Positions 12,001 through 24,000 of a stretch of 62,962 nt of DNA are shown piece by piece. Below the pieces are notes generated by a model. The model was not told the DNA's origin. It did no database searches and saw only the letters and a program-made list of their open reading frames with translations. Position numbers and translations under genes: made by a program. Source of the stretch: an uncultured Planctomycetales bacterium (lineage in GTDB: Bacteria; Omnitrophota; Gorgyraeia; Zapsychrales; Aceulaceae); the NCBI GenBank assembly GCA_964648665.1, contig CAZYOA010000010.1, forward strand, positions 1 to 62,962, given 5' to 3'. The first letter of the stretch is position 1. Every line of letters starts with the position of its first letter.

Positions 12001-15000
12001 ACGAAGATTTTTGGAGAAAAATGAAATTGCGCGAGGTATAGATTTTGAAAACGCGCTCCATATGTGCGCTGTTCTTGGTCTCTGTGAAGTTTCTATAACG
12101 GCTGAAGTTGCTGAGCAGGCGATTGATGGAAAGTCATGGCTTACTTATCGGGTTGTGACTATTAAGGTAAAAAAGGGTGGACAACGAGCTAAGAAGACTT
12201 TTGTGGAGTTGACGCTAAGCCTTGATTATGAGCGTCCTGAACTAATGAAAGATATTGTTAAAGCTATTGCTCGAGTTGGAGCCCAGATTTTCAACAGTCA
12301 ATATTTTGAAAAAAAGGCTAAGCTGACGATATCAATTTTTGAAGGAAATATTCTAAAATTAAAAGATCTTTTAGGCGAAATTAAAGCGCTGGATAAAGAA
12401 CCTAAGAAGAAGGACGAGAATTTTGTCACAAAAGCAATACACGTTTTTGCAGATCTTGGTAAAGGCCGCAAGAGTTTTGAGCTTACGCTTATTAGTATTT
12501 TGTCAGTATTTGAAGATTTAAATATTCGTCTTGATAAAAATATGAATACATGGCAACCGAGTGAACGTTTTAATGGGCCGGATAAGGAATCTGTTTGCTA
12601 CTCTTTTCAAGTTGGAATACCGGATGCTTTAGATGAGAAAAAGTTGATGGAAGAACTTTATCAAGCAACAAATGGTGGAAGCATCGCAATTCAGGTTTCT
12701 TCATCAATTCTTGCTCTTTTCTCAGCCGATAATCTTATGACCGATGAAACGCTTGCTCAGATAGTTTTAGGGATTATTGTTGTAGCATGGATTGCTAAGT
12801 GGCTTTTTCCGTTTCTTTATTACCCCTTAAGACGCGCGATGATATTTATTCCTAAGAGTAATACTTGGAGAAATTTAACTATAAAACAACGAATAAGAGG
12901 GATGAAAGATTTTATAAGATTTTTTGAACATGAAAGAACAGTATTAATTTCTAGGAATATGACTGGTAAGAAGATGGCAAAGATTCTTAACAAGCAAATA
13001 CATTTCTCTGAAAAAGGATACAAGAGAGGTTTTGCAGCTCTCTACGGTATTTTTCTAGAGAGACTTATTCCATCAGAGGGAAGTTTTAGTGCGGAGAGCA
13101 TGCCCAAGATAATAATAGAAATTATTACGGAAAATAGAAGCTTGTTAAAAGGATCGACAAAGATTTCTTTTGCATTTGCTGTTCTTAGTGGAAGCAAGAG
13201 CGAGACAATAATTAAGCCTTGGAGGGAATCTGAAAAGATTATTAAAGGTGTTCCTGCAGGATTGAGAATAAACCAAGCAAAAGCATTATCTCAAATTTCA
13301 AATCGAAGTTCTTCAAAGCTTGTTGCACATCGCGTTGAAACAATGGCTGAGGCACGCAAAGCTTTAGAGCTTGGCATGAAGGCTGTTGAAATTGATATTC
13401 AGCTTACTAGAGATGGATATTTGATTAGCTTGTGGGGAAATGTAGGGCAAGAGCGTTCAGAACTTGTTTATAATTTAGATCTTCAAAGTATTCGAGAGAT
13501 TTCAAATAAAGAAGTTTTAATTGTTAGCGAGCTTCTTGACTTGATAAAAGATAAAAATGTTGATCTTTTTGTTCATCTTCAAGATTGGGCGAAAAATATT
13601 GAAGGTTATACGGAAGCTTATCTTGAAGCGATTGCAAATTTGATTAATAAGATTGAAATTAAGGGAAGAATTTTTGTTTTAAGTTTTAATAAGGATACTT
13701 TTTTGTTAAAAAGCATCGCCTCTAGAGTTTTGCCTGGAAAAATTATTGATTGCAAAACTCATAGTAAAGCTAATGTTATTGAGGCTTTTGTGGATCTTGT
13801 TAAGTATCGAGATGCACTTATTTTTATTTATCCTGAATTCTTAAGTGAAGAATTTATTAAGAAAATGCATAAAAATAGATTGCTAGTAGCTACAAAATTA
13901 GAGGGTTTAGAGAAGAGCTTAATTCCAAGTGTTGATTTTATTTTTGTTGATGATTATCAAGGGTCAATTAAGAGGGGATCTTCAAACCTTATTAGAACTG
14001 CTAAAAATGCGAATCAGTTTCTTTTGGCGTGTGCCTTAAAGGTTAACATTCCTTGGACGTTTTTGTTTAATAATAACGAGCACGCCAAAGATATTGTGAT
14101 TGAAATTGTTAAGCGCTTTGTTGCTGAAGCATGTGACAAGAAACAAGAAAATCTTCAATTTGAAGATTATATTGCAATGGGTGATAAGCATTTTAGAGAA
14201 ACTCGTGAGTGGCTTAATAGTAAGGCTTTATCTGGATTGCTTGATTTTTATAACCGCCAAGAAAAAAGAGATGGAAAACAGATAACTATTTTTATGTTTG
14301 AACAGCTTGGTTTGATTGAGAAAACAAAAAGCGCACGAGAGATCGTTCATCTTTCCGAATTAACGGATCTTTTGAAGAAGAATATTTATAAAATTACGCC
14401 TTGGAAAATTCTCGTTCAGAAGAATTTAAATGGTAAGAAAATTATTTTAGAAATCTTAATGGAAATGGTTCGCCAAGATGCTAGAGATGTTCGAGGAGAT
14501 ATTCGAAATCTTGATGAGAGAAATTTTCGTAAAAAGAGAATTTTCTTAAATGGTGAAGCCGTAAACGGACTTTATCAGTATTATGCTGTGTATTATTTTA
14601 AGAAAGATGATCGTGATGGAAAAAGAGTTATTGATTGCATCTTAGAAGATGTGGCTTTTTTGCAAAGGCAATATTCTTTTAAGACGGTGCCGAGACTTTC
14701 TAGTTTGACAGCGATGATCATTCAGTCAAAAATTCCACAGATTGAATGGAAACAGTTAATTGAGGAAAATCCAGACGGACCAAGCATTGTCGTTGAAATT
14801 GTTGATGCAATACCTGGCGTTACGGTTAATCGTGCAACAGGCGAAGTCGCTGGTCTCTCCAAAAAGATTGTTTATGAGCAAGCTGTTCCTGCCTTAGGGG
14901 GACAAAATATTTTTGGACTGTATCAACATTTTTCATATCAAGGCGTTACAGGACGAAACAACCTTCTTAAAGCTATTCGTGATTTTGTTAAAAAAGAAAT

Positions 15001-18000
15001 ATTGCAACAAAATAAAGCAAAGAAAGCTTCTTCGAATCTTTCTAAAAAAGAAAAAGCAAATATTTGCAAAACACTTAATAAAATATCTGAGATTACAGAA
15101 GTAAATTTGCAGGAAAATATTAATAGTGTTAAATTTCACGATATTTTAAATAATGCTAGAAAAGCTAGTGAGATTGCGAGGGCTAATAAAGTAGTAGAAG
15201 CTTTGTCGATTTTGATGCGCATTGCCAAATACAGCGTATTAGATCGATTTGGATATTTATTTCTTCGGCCTCATTATGTTGATGCTATTTTTCAGATAGA
15301 TAATTCTTCTAAGAAATCAGAGGAATTTTTTGCAGGCCTCCTTATTCTAGATACTGGTAAGAAAAATTTTGATGATTATGTGAAGTGCCAGGCAGCAAGA
15401 TGTTTGTTAAGTATGGAAGTTCTTGAGTATTTGCCTGAAACGCTAAAAGCTTTAATGATAAATTCATCTGTTCAAAACAGCTGGGTGTCTGGTGCTTGTG
15501 GCGATGCTTTACAAAGATTTTCTGTTAAGAATAGGAATGTTAGAATTTCTTCAAATATTCTTTTTATTTCTTCTAAAAAGAAAGCGCTTTCTTCTTCACC
15601 GTTGTTGTTTTTTCCAGGTGTTCCTCTTGAAAGAATTATTCCTTGGATTTCTTCGGAATATTGGATTTCATTATTTTCTGCTTTTGATGGATGGATTGCG
15701 GTAGCAATATTTTTAGGACTTGTTATATCGCTGAGAGTTATTCATAGAAGACAGGGTGATAGATTTGTAAAGCGGCTTAGGATGCAGCTATTGGATAATA
15801 ATACACGTAGAGCAGAGCGCCTTATTGATAATTTTAGAAATATATTTATTCGAAAATCAATGCTTAAGCCGTTAGCCGAGGTTTATCTTGATGAAAGAAT
15901 CGACCATGAAGTAAACAAAGTTGTTGTGAAGAAGATTATTTTGCTTCTAGAGCGCATAAGGCAACGAAGGGTTTTTAAGATTTGGGTCAAGAGTATTTTG
16001 ACAAGCTTGATGTTGGACGAACACATTACGCCTCAGTCTCAATCTGAGTATTTCTTTAAGTATGATGGATTCACTGAAAGTGTTAAAGGCTATATTATTC
16101 CTCATATAAAAAGTATTTTAAATTATAAAAATAGAAATGAACAAGTGCGGATACTTTCAGCTGAAGGGGTATCTATTTTTAATGATGGATCTAAGTTTCT
16201 TGATGCCATTCAAGCGGCAACGTTCTGTCTTGAAGCAGGCATTCGTCCAGAAGAAATTAAAATTGTTGTTGTCGCAAGAAATCCAATTTCTTTGTGGCAA
16301 GGGTCTAGAGGTTATTTCTCTTTAAATTGGTTTTCTGATAATGAGTGTAGCCTTACAGGAGACAATAAGAATTTTATTCATAAATATTTTTATGTTACAG
16401 ATAAAGGGAGCTTGAAAGTAAAAGATTTTGTTTTAGATATGATTGAAGTGCAGTGTTCTTCATTGAAAGATTTTAGAGTTCGCAAGAGTCTGGATCGATT
16501 TGATATTATTATGGGATTTCTTTATGAGTACAAAGAAGAGTTGCGACAGGAGAAGGGTGATAAAAGCGATCTTCTTACAACAAATATTATTGCGGCTAAT
16601 CATTATCATAATTTGAATTCAGCAGGACTTCTTGCGGTGACTACAGAAAAGTGGATTAGAAATATTTTTACTTATAATCAAATTGTAGGTGGACCTGGCT
16701 TGCCGCAAGTTTCCATTGTGACAACAAGGTATAAAAATCTTAAGTTGAGGGGAAAAGTATCAATTTATAAAAAGAGTATAGATAGGATAACTGTTGACGT
16801 TGTAGATGGACAGTTTTATGCGCTGGCTAGCTGTATTACAAAGACTGGTTTTCAAAAGAATTCTGGTCAGGAAGAGAAGATTTTGAGGCGAGCATATAAG
16901 CTTGCGAAGAAAATTCATGCAAAGCAAAAGCGATCAAACGGAGAGCCGTATATCATTCATCCTTTTTCTGTATTTTGGTCATTGTTCGAAGATTTCAAGA
17001 TTTCGGGACACTTTTGTATTCCTGAATTGTCTTCATCGGGGTATAGCGCAGAGATTATTATTGCTGTGTTAGCGCTGCTGCATGATGTTTTAGAAGATTA
17101 TAAAAAAGATGTCAGAAGCTTAACATTAATTAAAAAAAGACAAGAAGCTGTTAATCTTGTGAGCGCGTATTTGTTGGAATTTGTAGAAGATAAGCGTGTT
17201 GTTGATTTCATCATGAAAGGATTAGATTTCTTATCAAAAAGAATTTGTGAAAAGGGAGTTGTTCAATCTGAAGAAGATGAAGTCGATTATGAAAATAGGC
17301 TTGTTAAGGCTCCAGACTCTGTAAAAATTGTTAAGATTGTTGATCGATTAGCTAATGTGAAAACTCCACGATACAAACGTACTATAAAAGGAATTTTAAA
17401 GTATCGAGAAGAGGCAAAAAATCTTGTTAAGAGATTTAACTCTCCTGCTTTAGCTCAATTTGCAAATATATTCTTTGAAGAAGTTGTGCATCTTGATTCG
17501 CCAGAGATCCGCAAGAATTCGTTTCCCTCTAGAGCTAAAAAACCAAAATTCAAGAATAAGAATTTTTCTAAATTTTCTATGCAGAGAATTGTTCAGAATT
17601 TTTTCTATATTTTTGCAAGCCACCAATTAAGCCAAAGAGAAATAATACCTTTAGAAGAGAATGTATTTCCTGGAGATGGTAGAAAGAATGAAGAGTGGGA
17701 TATTCAGGACACTCACCGGATTCGAAGAGTGCTTGCGATCGCAGTCGTTAAGTGTGTTAATTGGCTTCTATTTTTTAATGATATTTATAAAGGACGAAAA
17801 ATAACTCGATTATTTTCTATTCTTTCTTTTCTTGCGGGAATTCTTTTTTCTATTAGCTTGTTTCTTATGGAAAAAGATTTCTCAATTCAAGAAGAGAATG
17901 ATTTAAGTTATGATTATCGTGTTCGAGGACCGACACAAGATCTTAAAGATCCTGCTTTAACCCTTCCGCCGTTTTCAAAAACACATGCCTCTTCCAGTGT

Positions 18001-21000
18001 TGTTATTAATCAAGATATAAAAAAGAAAATAGAAAAAAGATATGGAATACATAAAGTTTTAGATTCTTTAAGAGTCGATCGCTTTTTGATTCAAGAGAAA
18101 GGCGGCAATCTTGCGAGTTTTAAAAAAGAGCTTCAAGATTTGTTGGATCAAATTGGGGGCATGTCAAATCGATCTATTCCTTTTGATTTTTCATGGCAAA
18201 TTGTTTTAACAAGTGATGATCATCAAGCCTATGGCATGTCTGATCAGTTGTCGTATGTTATTTATAAGGGAAACACTGCAGAGGTAGAAATTATTTATGT
18301 TCATATGGCGTTTTTTGAACAATTGGAATGGTTTGAAAAGTTTAGCATTTTATCAGATCTTTATTTAGAAATATTAGAAGATTATCTAGAGCGGTATGCA
18401 GAAGTTCGGCAACAAGAACAAATTCATTATCAAGAGTGTTTAAGAAAAGAAACTCCAGATAGATTTTCTTATGAGGTGTTCAAAGAGAGATATTCTCATT
18501 TATCGTGTCGAAAACTTCAGGAAATTTTTGGAAACTTTAAACAAAATAAGTCTAGTTCATCAATTAGTGTTGGTATAATAGAATTGCCGCATCAAGAAGT
18601 TGTTATAAATCGTCTTACCTCGTCCGTGGCTGGTGGGGGTCGATTTTTCTTGGTGCGGCAACGCTTATCTTCTCCTATCAAATCATCTTCAAATCTTAAT
18701 CGATACAGTGCCAAGCAATTGCAAATCCTGAAATCTTCTTTAGCGAGAATTCAGACCGATATTAGAGAAACCGGAAATCCGATAGTCGCATTTGATTCTT
18801 TTTATAATTACATCAAGGGCTTAAATTTTAAGGGATTAGTTAGTACGGTTGATTTGTTTGTTGATAACTATACGCCTGAGTTGTGTAAAATTGTGATTGA
18901 ATATTCATCTGAACAGCTATCTTCGAGAAATGTTGTTATTCAGAAAGTTTTAAGATCTTATTTTGAAGTTAAAAAAGATAATTTCTTTGAATCTTGGGAT
19001 TTATTAAGAGCTTGCATTATTGATATTGTTGAAGAAGATGAGCATTTAGCTTCTTTTTGTTTAACATTGTCTGCTGACATGTTGTACTCAGATGAGCTTG
19101 AAAGGGGCGTTGAGAATTTTACTCAGAAAATTGATCAGCTTGCAAAACAAGTTGATTTTGGAAAGAAAACAACAGAGAATTCAATTTATATTAATGTCTT
19201 TGAAATGATTCGAAGACGGTTACAGAATGATATCAAGGAGAATCAGCGAAATGATAAAGAAAATGATTTTATGCCGTTTATTGTCATCGCTGAAAAAGAA
19301 GCTTGGCTTTATGACAATAATGCTTTTGGAGCAATTAAGCCTGAGGTAAGAGCGCAAGTTGCTTTTCTTTTCAACCAAATAGCTCAGGCATACTGGGAGA
19401 TGGGTGCTTTTAATTATGATTATATTTTAAAAGCAAGAGTGCATATTAGGAAATCTTTAGAGATTGTTCCAGGTTTTGAAGAATATCGCCATCATTTGAT
19501 TCATTCTTATCTTTTAGCTATGAGTTATTTCTTAAATCTTTCTGATATGAAATCTGCAAAAAAAGAGCATGCTGAGGCTAAAAAAATTAATGATGAATTG
19601 ATTGCTGAGGATAAGGTTTCAATGGTGGATTATGTTAGTTTTTATTCTGCAGTTTTTATGCTTGCTGAAAACAATTTAGTGGGAGCAAAAAGAGCGCTTG
19701 TGACGTATGTTCTTCCGTATATTAGTCGTGAAAGAATGTTTGATTGTTTTGATCAAATATTTTATGAGGTTGGTTCTGATCTGGAAGAAAGAGTTTTAGA
19801 TTTCTTTATTTCCCTTTTAGATGATAAACATCTTTTCAAGACACAAAGAATGCTCATTGTATCGCTTTTAGTTTCTTTAGATGAAGAAGATTTGATATTT
19901 GCTTTTGTTGGTCGCAAATTTATTGAAATTTCTTTGATGATTGATCAGTGCCAATATGGTAAAGCACAGGGCGAGATTGAAATTGTTTGGGAGGCAAAGC
20001 CTGGGGATAAGAGAACTGTGGAGCAAAGAGAAAAAATCTCTGATTTAATTAAGTTTTATGATTTAGCTGAAAAAGCTCTTGAGCGAGAAAATGTTGAGTT
20101 GGCATTATCTCATTTCTTGGAGATCTCTAAGCTTAATCCAAAAGATGAAAATGCTAAGAAGCAAATTGAGATTTTAAAGATTAAAAAGGAAGCTGCAAAT
20201 AAGACGAATAAATTTATACAGCAAATTCGGGAGTTTTTAAGATTAGCTAGAAACCAGACAGTAAGCAAGAAAAAAGATAGAGCTGTTGGAAATCTTCAAA
20301 AAGCTCAAGATTTATTGGATTTATTGCCAGCTTCCAAAGAAAAGAAGCTTGTTCAGGCTGAATTTGATCGAACAGCTAAACTTGTTGAGGAGTTTAAGGC
20401 TGATGAAAAAGAAGATATTGTTGTGTCAAAAAAGAAAAGGGAAAAGAAGCTGAAAGTTGTTGCTGCAGAAGAGAAAATTGGCGAGGAGATTGTTCAAGCT
20501 GATAAGCCGGTGCAAATTTACTTTACAAAACAAATGAATGATGATTTTGAGAAAGAGTTTTTTGCTGATCAAGAAAGATTTAAGTTAGCAATTCTTAATA
20601 AAATTGGACGTGTTCGTTTGGGCGAAAATCATGTGTTGGTTGCTTATGTTACGGGATCTGAGCGCGTTTTTCGTGTGCGCAGTAAGAAGGATAGATTAAT
20701 TTATACATTTTTCTATGATGCACAAAGTGAATCTGAAGTTTGGTTGTTTTTTCATTTTGATAGTAAAGGTGGGAATGTTTATAAAACTTTAATCGATAAG
20801 ATTAAACACGCGTTAAGTAATGTTGATAAAGCTTTAAACGAAGGTACGAAAATTATGAACATTGACTCTTCTTCAAAACAGAAGAAAACATCCAGTTCAA
20901 TTGTTGATTCTCTAAATAAAGTAAAGCTAAAATCTTCCTTAAACATTGAAGCTGGACGAAAATTTCCTAAAAATGTTGCCAGTAGCTACATGTCAGTAGA

Positions 21001-24000
21001 ATTTGCATATCAGAGATATTGTGCAAGTCAAAATGGGCGTTTTCAGGCTCGCTTGCCGAATTATATAAGCGTTCAAGCCGATATTGTGTTCCCACTGTTT
21101 TTTGTGTGGAATAAACCCGTCAGTATTTTTGACGGGTTTATTGTTTGGTGGGAACAAAATGTGATGATTGATATAATTCAAGAAATTTCAGAAAGAGATC
21201 GGTCAAAGATTTCTGTTGTGTTTATTGAAAATAATTTTGCCAGTTCTAATATTTTAAGAATTTCAAACGAGGGATCAGCCGTTCTTCAAAAAAGAGACGG
21301 GGGATATCTAATTGACGAAAAAACACAAAGCGTTCTTTATAATCCTGAACAAACTAAGAATTTCTTAGAGACAGTCAATGTATTCTTCGGAGAGACGCAG
21401 ATTTTAGTTTTAGATGGCGGATCTGTTTGCTTGAAAAAAGATAATGACGAGTTTCAGATGTCGAATCCAGGCGCGATTATTATTAAACCTAATGCGAGCG
21501 TTAAAGTTTATCCTAAAGGGGCCGTTTGGATGATCGTCTCTCTTTTAGAGCCGCATTGGTATGAACGTTTTGACCCCTGTGGAAAAGATAATTCCGGAAT
21601 CATCTGGGAGAGGCAAGGCGTTACAGCTCTTTCTCATCCTGATCGTCGAAATTTTTGGAGTCCAGAAGAAAGATCAGAGTGGATGTCTGATTCGGTCTCG
21701 ACGACTTCTCCTGCTGCTGGGGTTTCTCGCGTTCATTATCCAGAAGACCAAGGAGCGGTTCCTTTCCGCCTTCTTAGACCGGCGGAAAAACCGCATAAAC
21801 ATCCGGTCCGAGATGGGGTTAAATCTCAAATTGAAATCTATACGGTTTCGCAGGGCATAGGATGCCTTGTTTATTTTATTAATTCAAAAGTTCATAAATT
21901 ATTTGTTCAGAGAAATGATATTATTGCTATTTTGCCGGAAGTTGTTCATGAAATCATTGCTATGAAGACTCCGTATGAACACCTGGTTCTTCAGACTCCA
22001 TCGACATTTCAATATGGACTTTGGTTCAAAGAAGAAGTTTCTTATGAAAGCTTAGGGCTCAGTTTGCAAGATGTAGATTTATTAATTCAAGAGATATTAG
22101 AAGATATAAATAAAATAAAAAAAGAGAGTTCTTCTTGCCTGTTGAATGTGCGACTTGTTTCTTTGGCGCAAAGATTAAGCGTTTTGAATAAGGGTACAAA
22201 GAACCGAGATAAGAACCTGCTTGCTTTTAATTATCTAACAGCTTTTGGTGGTACTGTTACTTGCATTCTTCACTCTTTTTCTAGTGGTGTTAGCTTTGCG
22301 TTTTGTGATGAGCAAGCTTTTAGATCAGATGTTCGATTTATTTTTTTGGGTCAAGGAAAAAAAGCTTCAAGTAATTTTAAAATTTGCAATAAGCCAACAG
22401 CCGATCATACATTTTCTAATAGATCTAAGTCTTTAAATGCATACATAAAAGCTTTGGTAGAACGAGATAGAGATGTATCTGTAGTTGCAGATTTTGGCAT
22501 TGGAGATAAGTGCTGCAAAAGCTCAATCCAGTCTCCTGTTTTCTTTGAGCTAAGAGATATTTTACTAGAACGTATTTGTTTGGTGGGATTTGATTACAAG
22601 AGCGAAATTGTTAACAACGTTCAGCTGTGTATTAAACAGAAAAGGTTGTGCCACAACACGAGCATTGTTTGCGGAGGTTTTGAGGCGCCGTCAATTTTGT
22701 ATCCTGAAAAGATAAATATTATGCGCTTGCAAAATGTGTGGATGTATTATTCTTTTAATGAACGTACTAGACAGCGTCAGCTTTTAGCAAAGTCTCTTGC
22801 TCCTTTAGGCTTTCTTCTTGGCGGTAACGGTCCAGTGTCTATCGTTTATCAAAAAATAAAGAATGTTTTGGTGCCGATAGAATTAAATATTTTTGTTGAG
22901 TTCTTGCCTGATTTCTCAGATCGCGATGAATTAGAGTTAGCGTTTCATTTGGTAGATGTTGATTTTAATGGCAGAAGGCAACTTTGCATAAATCTTGCCA
23001 CAATGAACTATAGTTATTTGAACGGAGCACTGTCTACAGGTGAGAAAGTTAGGCAGCTTAGCAAATTTTTAAGATTTCATAATTATGAAGTTGTAGATTA
23101 CGGCCTTCCGACGATAAGTCTGAAATTAAATGGTGATGGAAAATTACGTTTAACAAAACGTCATCGTTTGGTTTGTGCATCTTCTTCTCAACTAAAAAGT
23201 ATATTTCCTCTGCGTGTTTTATTTGATGATCGATTGCTACAAGTTGGGGATAAACAAGGAAAAATCAGGCCTATGTATTATGACTTGTCTTTACTTAAGA
23301 GTAAGTGGGAGCAAGATCTTGAGAATTTGCAAAAACATTCTGGCATGACGAGCGATATAAGCCTAATTCTTCAAATTATAGCGCGAGATGAATTTGAATC
23401 TATTATTCAGGCAGGAGTGGTGCAGCGCGGTAAAGCTTTGGTTAGATTTTTGCAGGATATTTATTCAGGTACATGGAAAGTAGTTAAAGAAGGAATCGTG
23501 CCTGAAAGTGTGGTTATAAAAGCTCTTGCAACTCAAGGATATAAAGAGTTGGTTGGCTACTTGCCTGAATCTAGCATAGCGATTACCTATGGTCCGGATT
23601 TAAGCTATCATAACAATTTTGTTCTTGAAGACAACATCGGATCACTAGGGGGCAGAGATACTATTTTTGTTTTAACAAGAGCTATTCTTGATTCTTTTCC
23701 GATGTTGTCGCTAGCAAGCTATAGAGATTTAGTGATTAATTATTTTAAGAAATTAAAGCAGGCGCTTCCAGAAGGTGAAGGAGAGATTGCATTTTGGGCT
23801 GATACTGTATTTGATCAAGATGCTAAATTTCCTTTTGATAACAACCTTATTGAAGAGCTGGGATTTTTCTTTGTTGGGACGGGAAAAGATGGGGAAAATA
23901 AGTTTGAGGTTGTCGATGGAGAAGGATTGTTTGTGATTACTCCTAAGGGTGCAAGAAAAAGAATTCAATATTTAATTTATAATGAATATGATATTAATTT

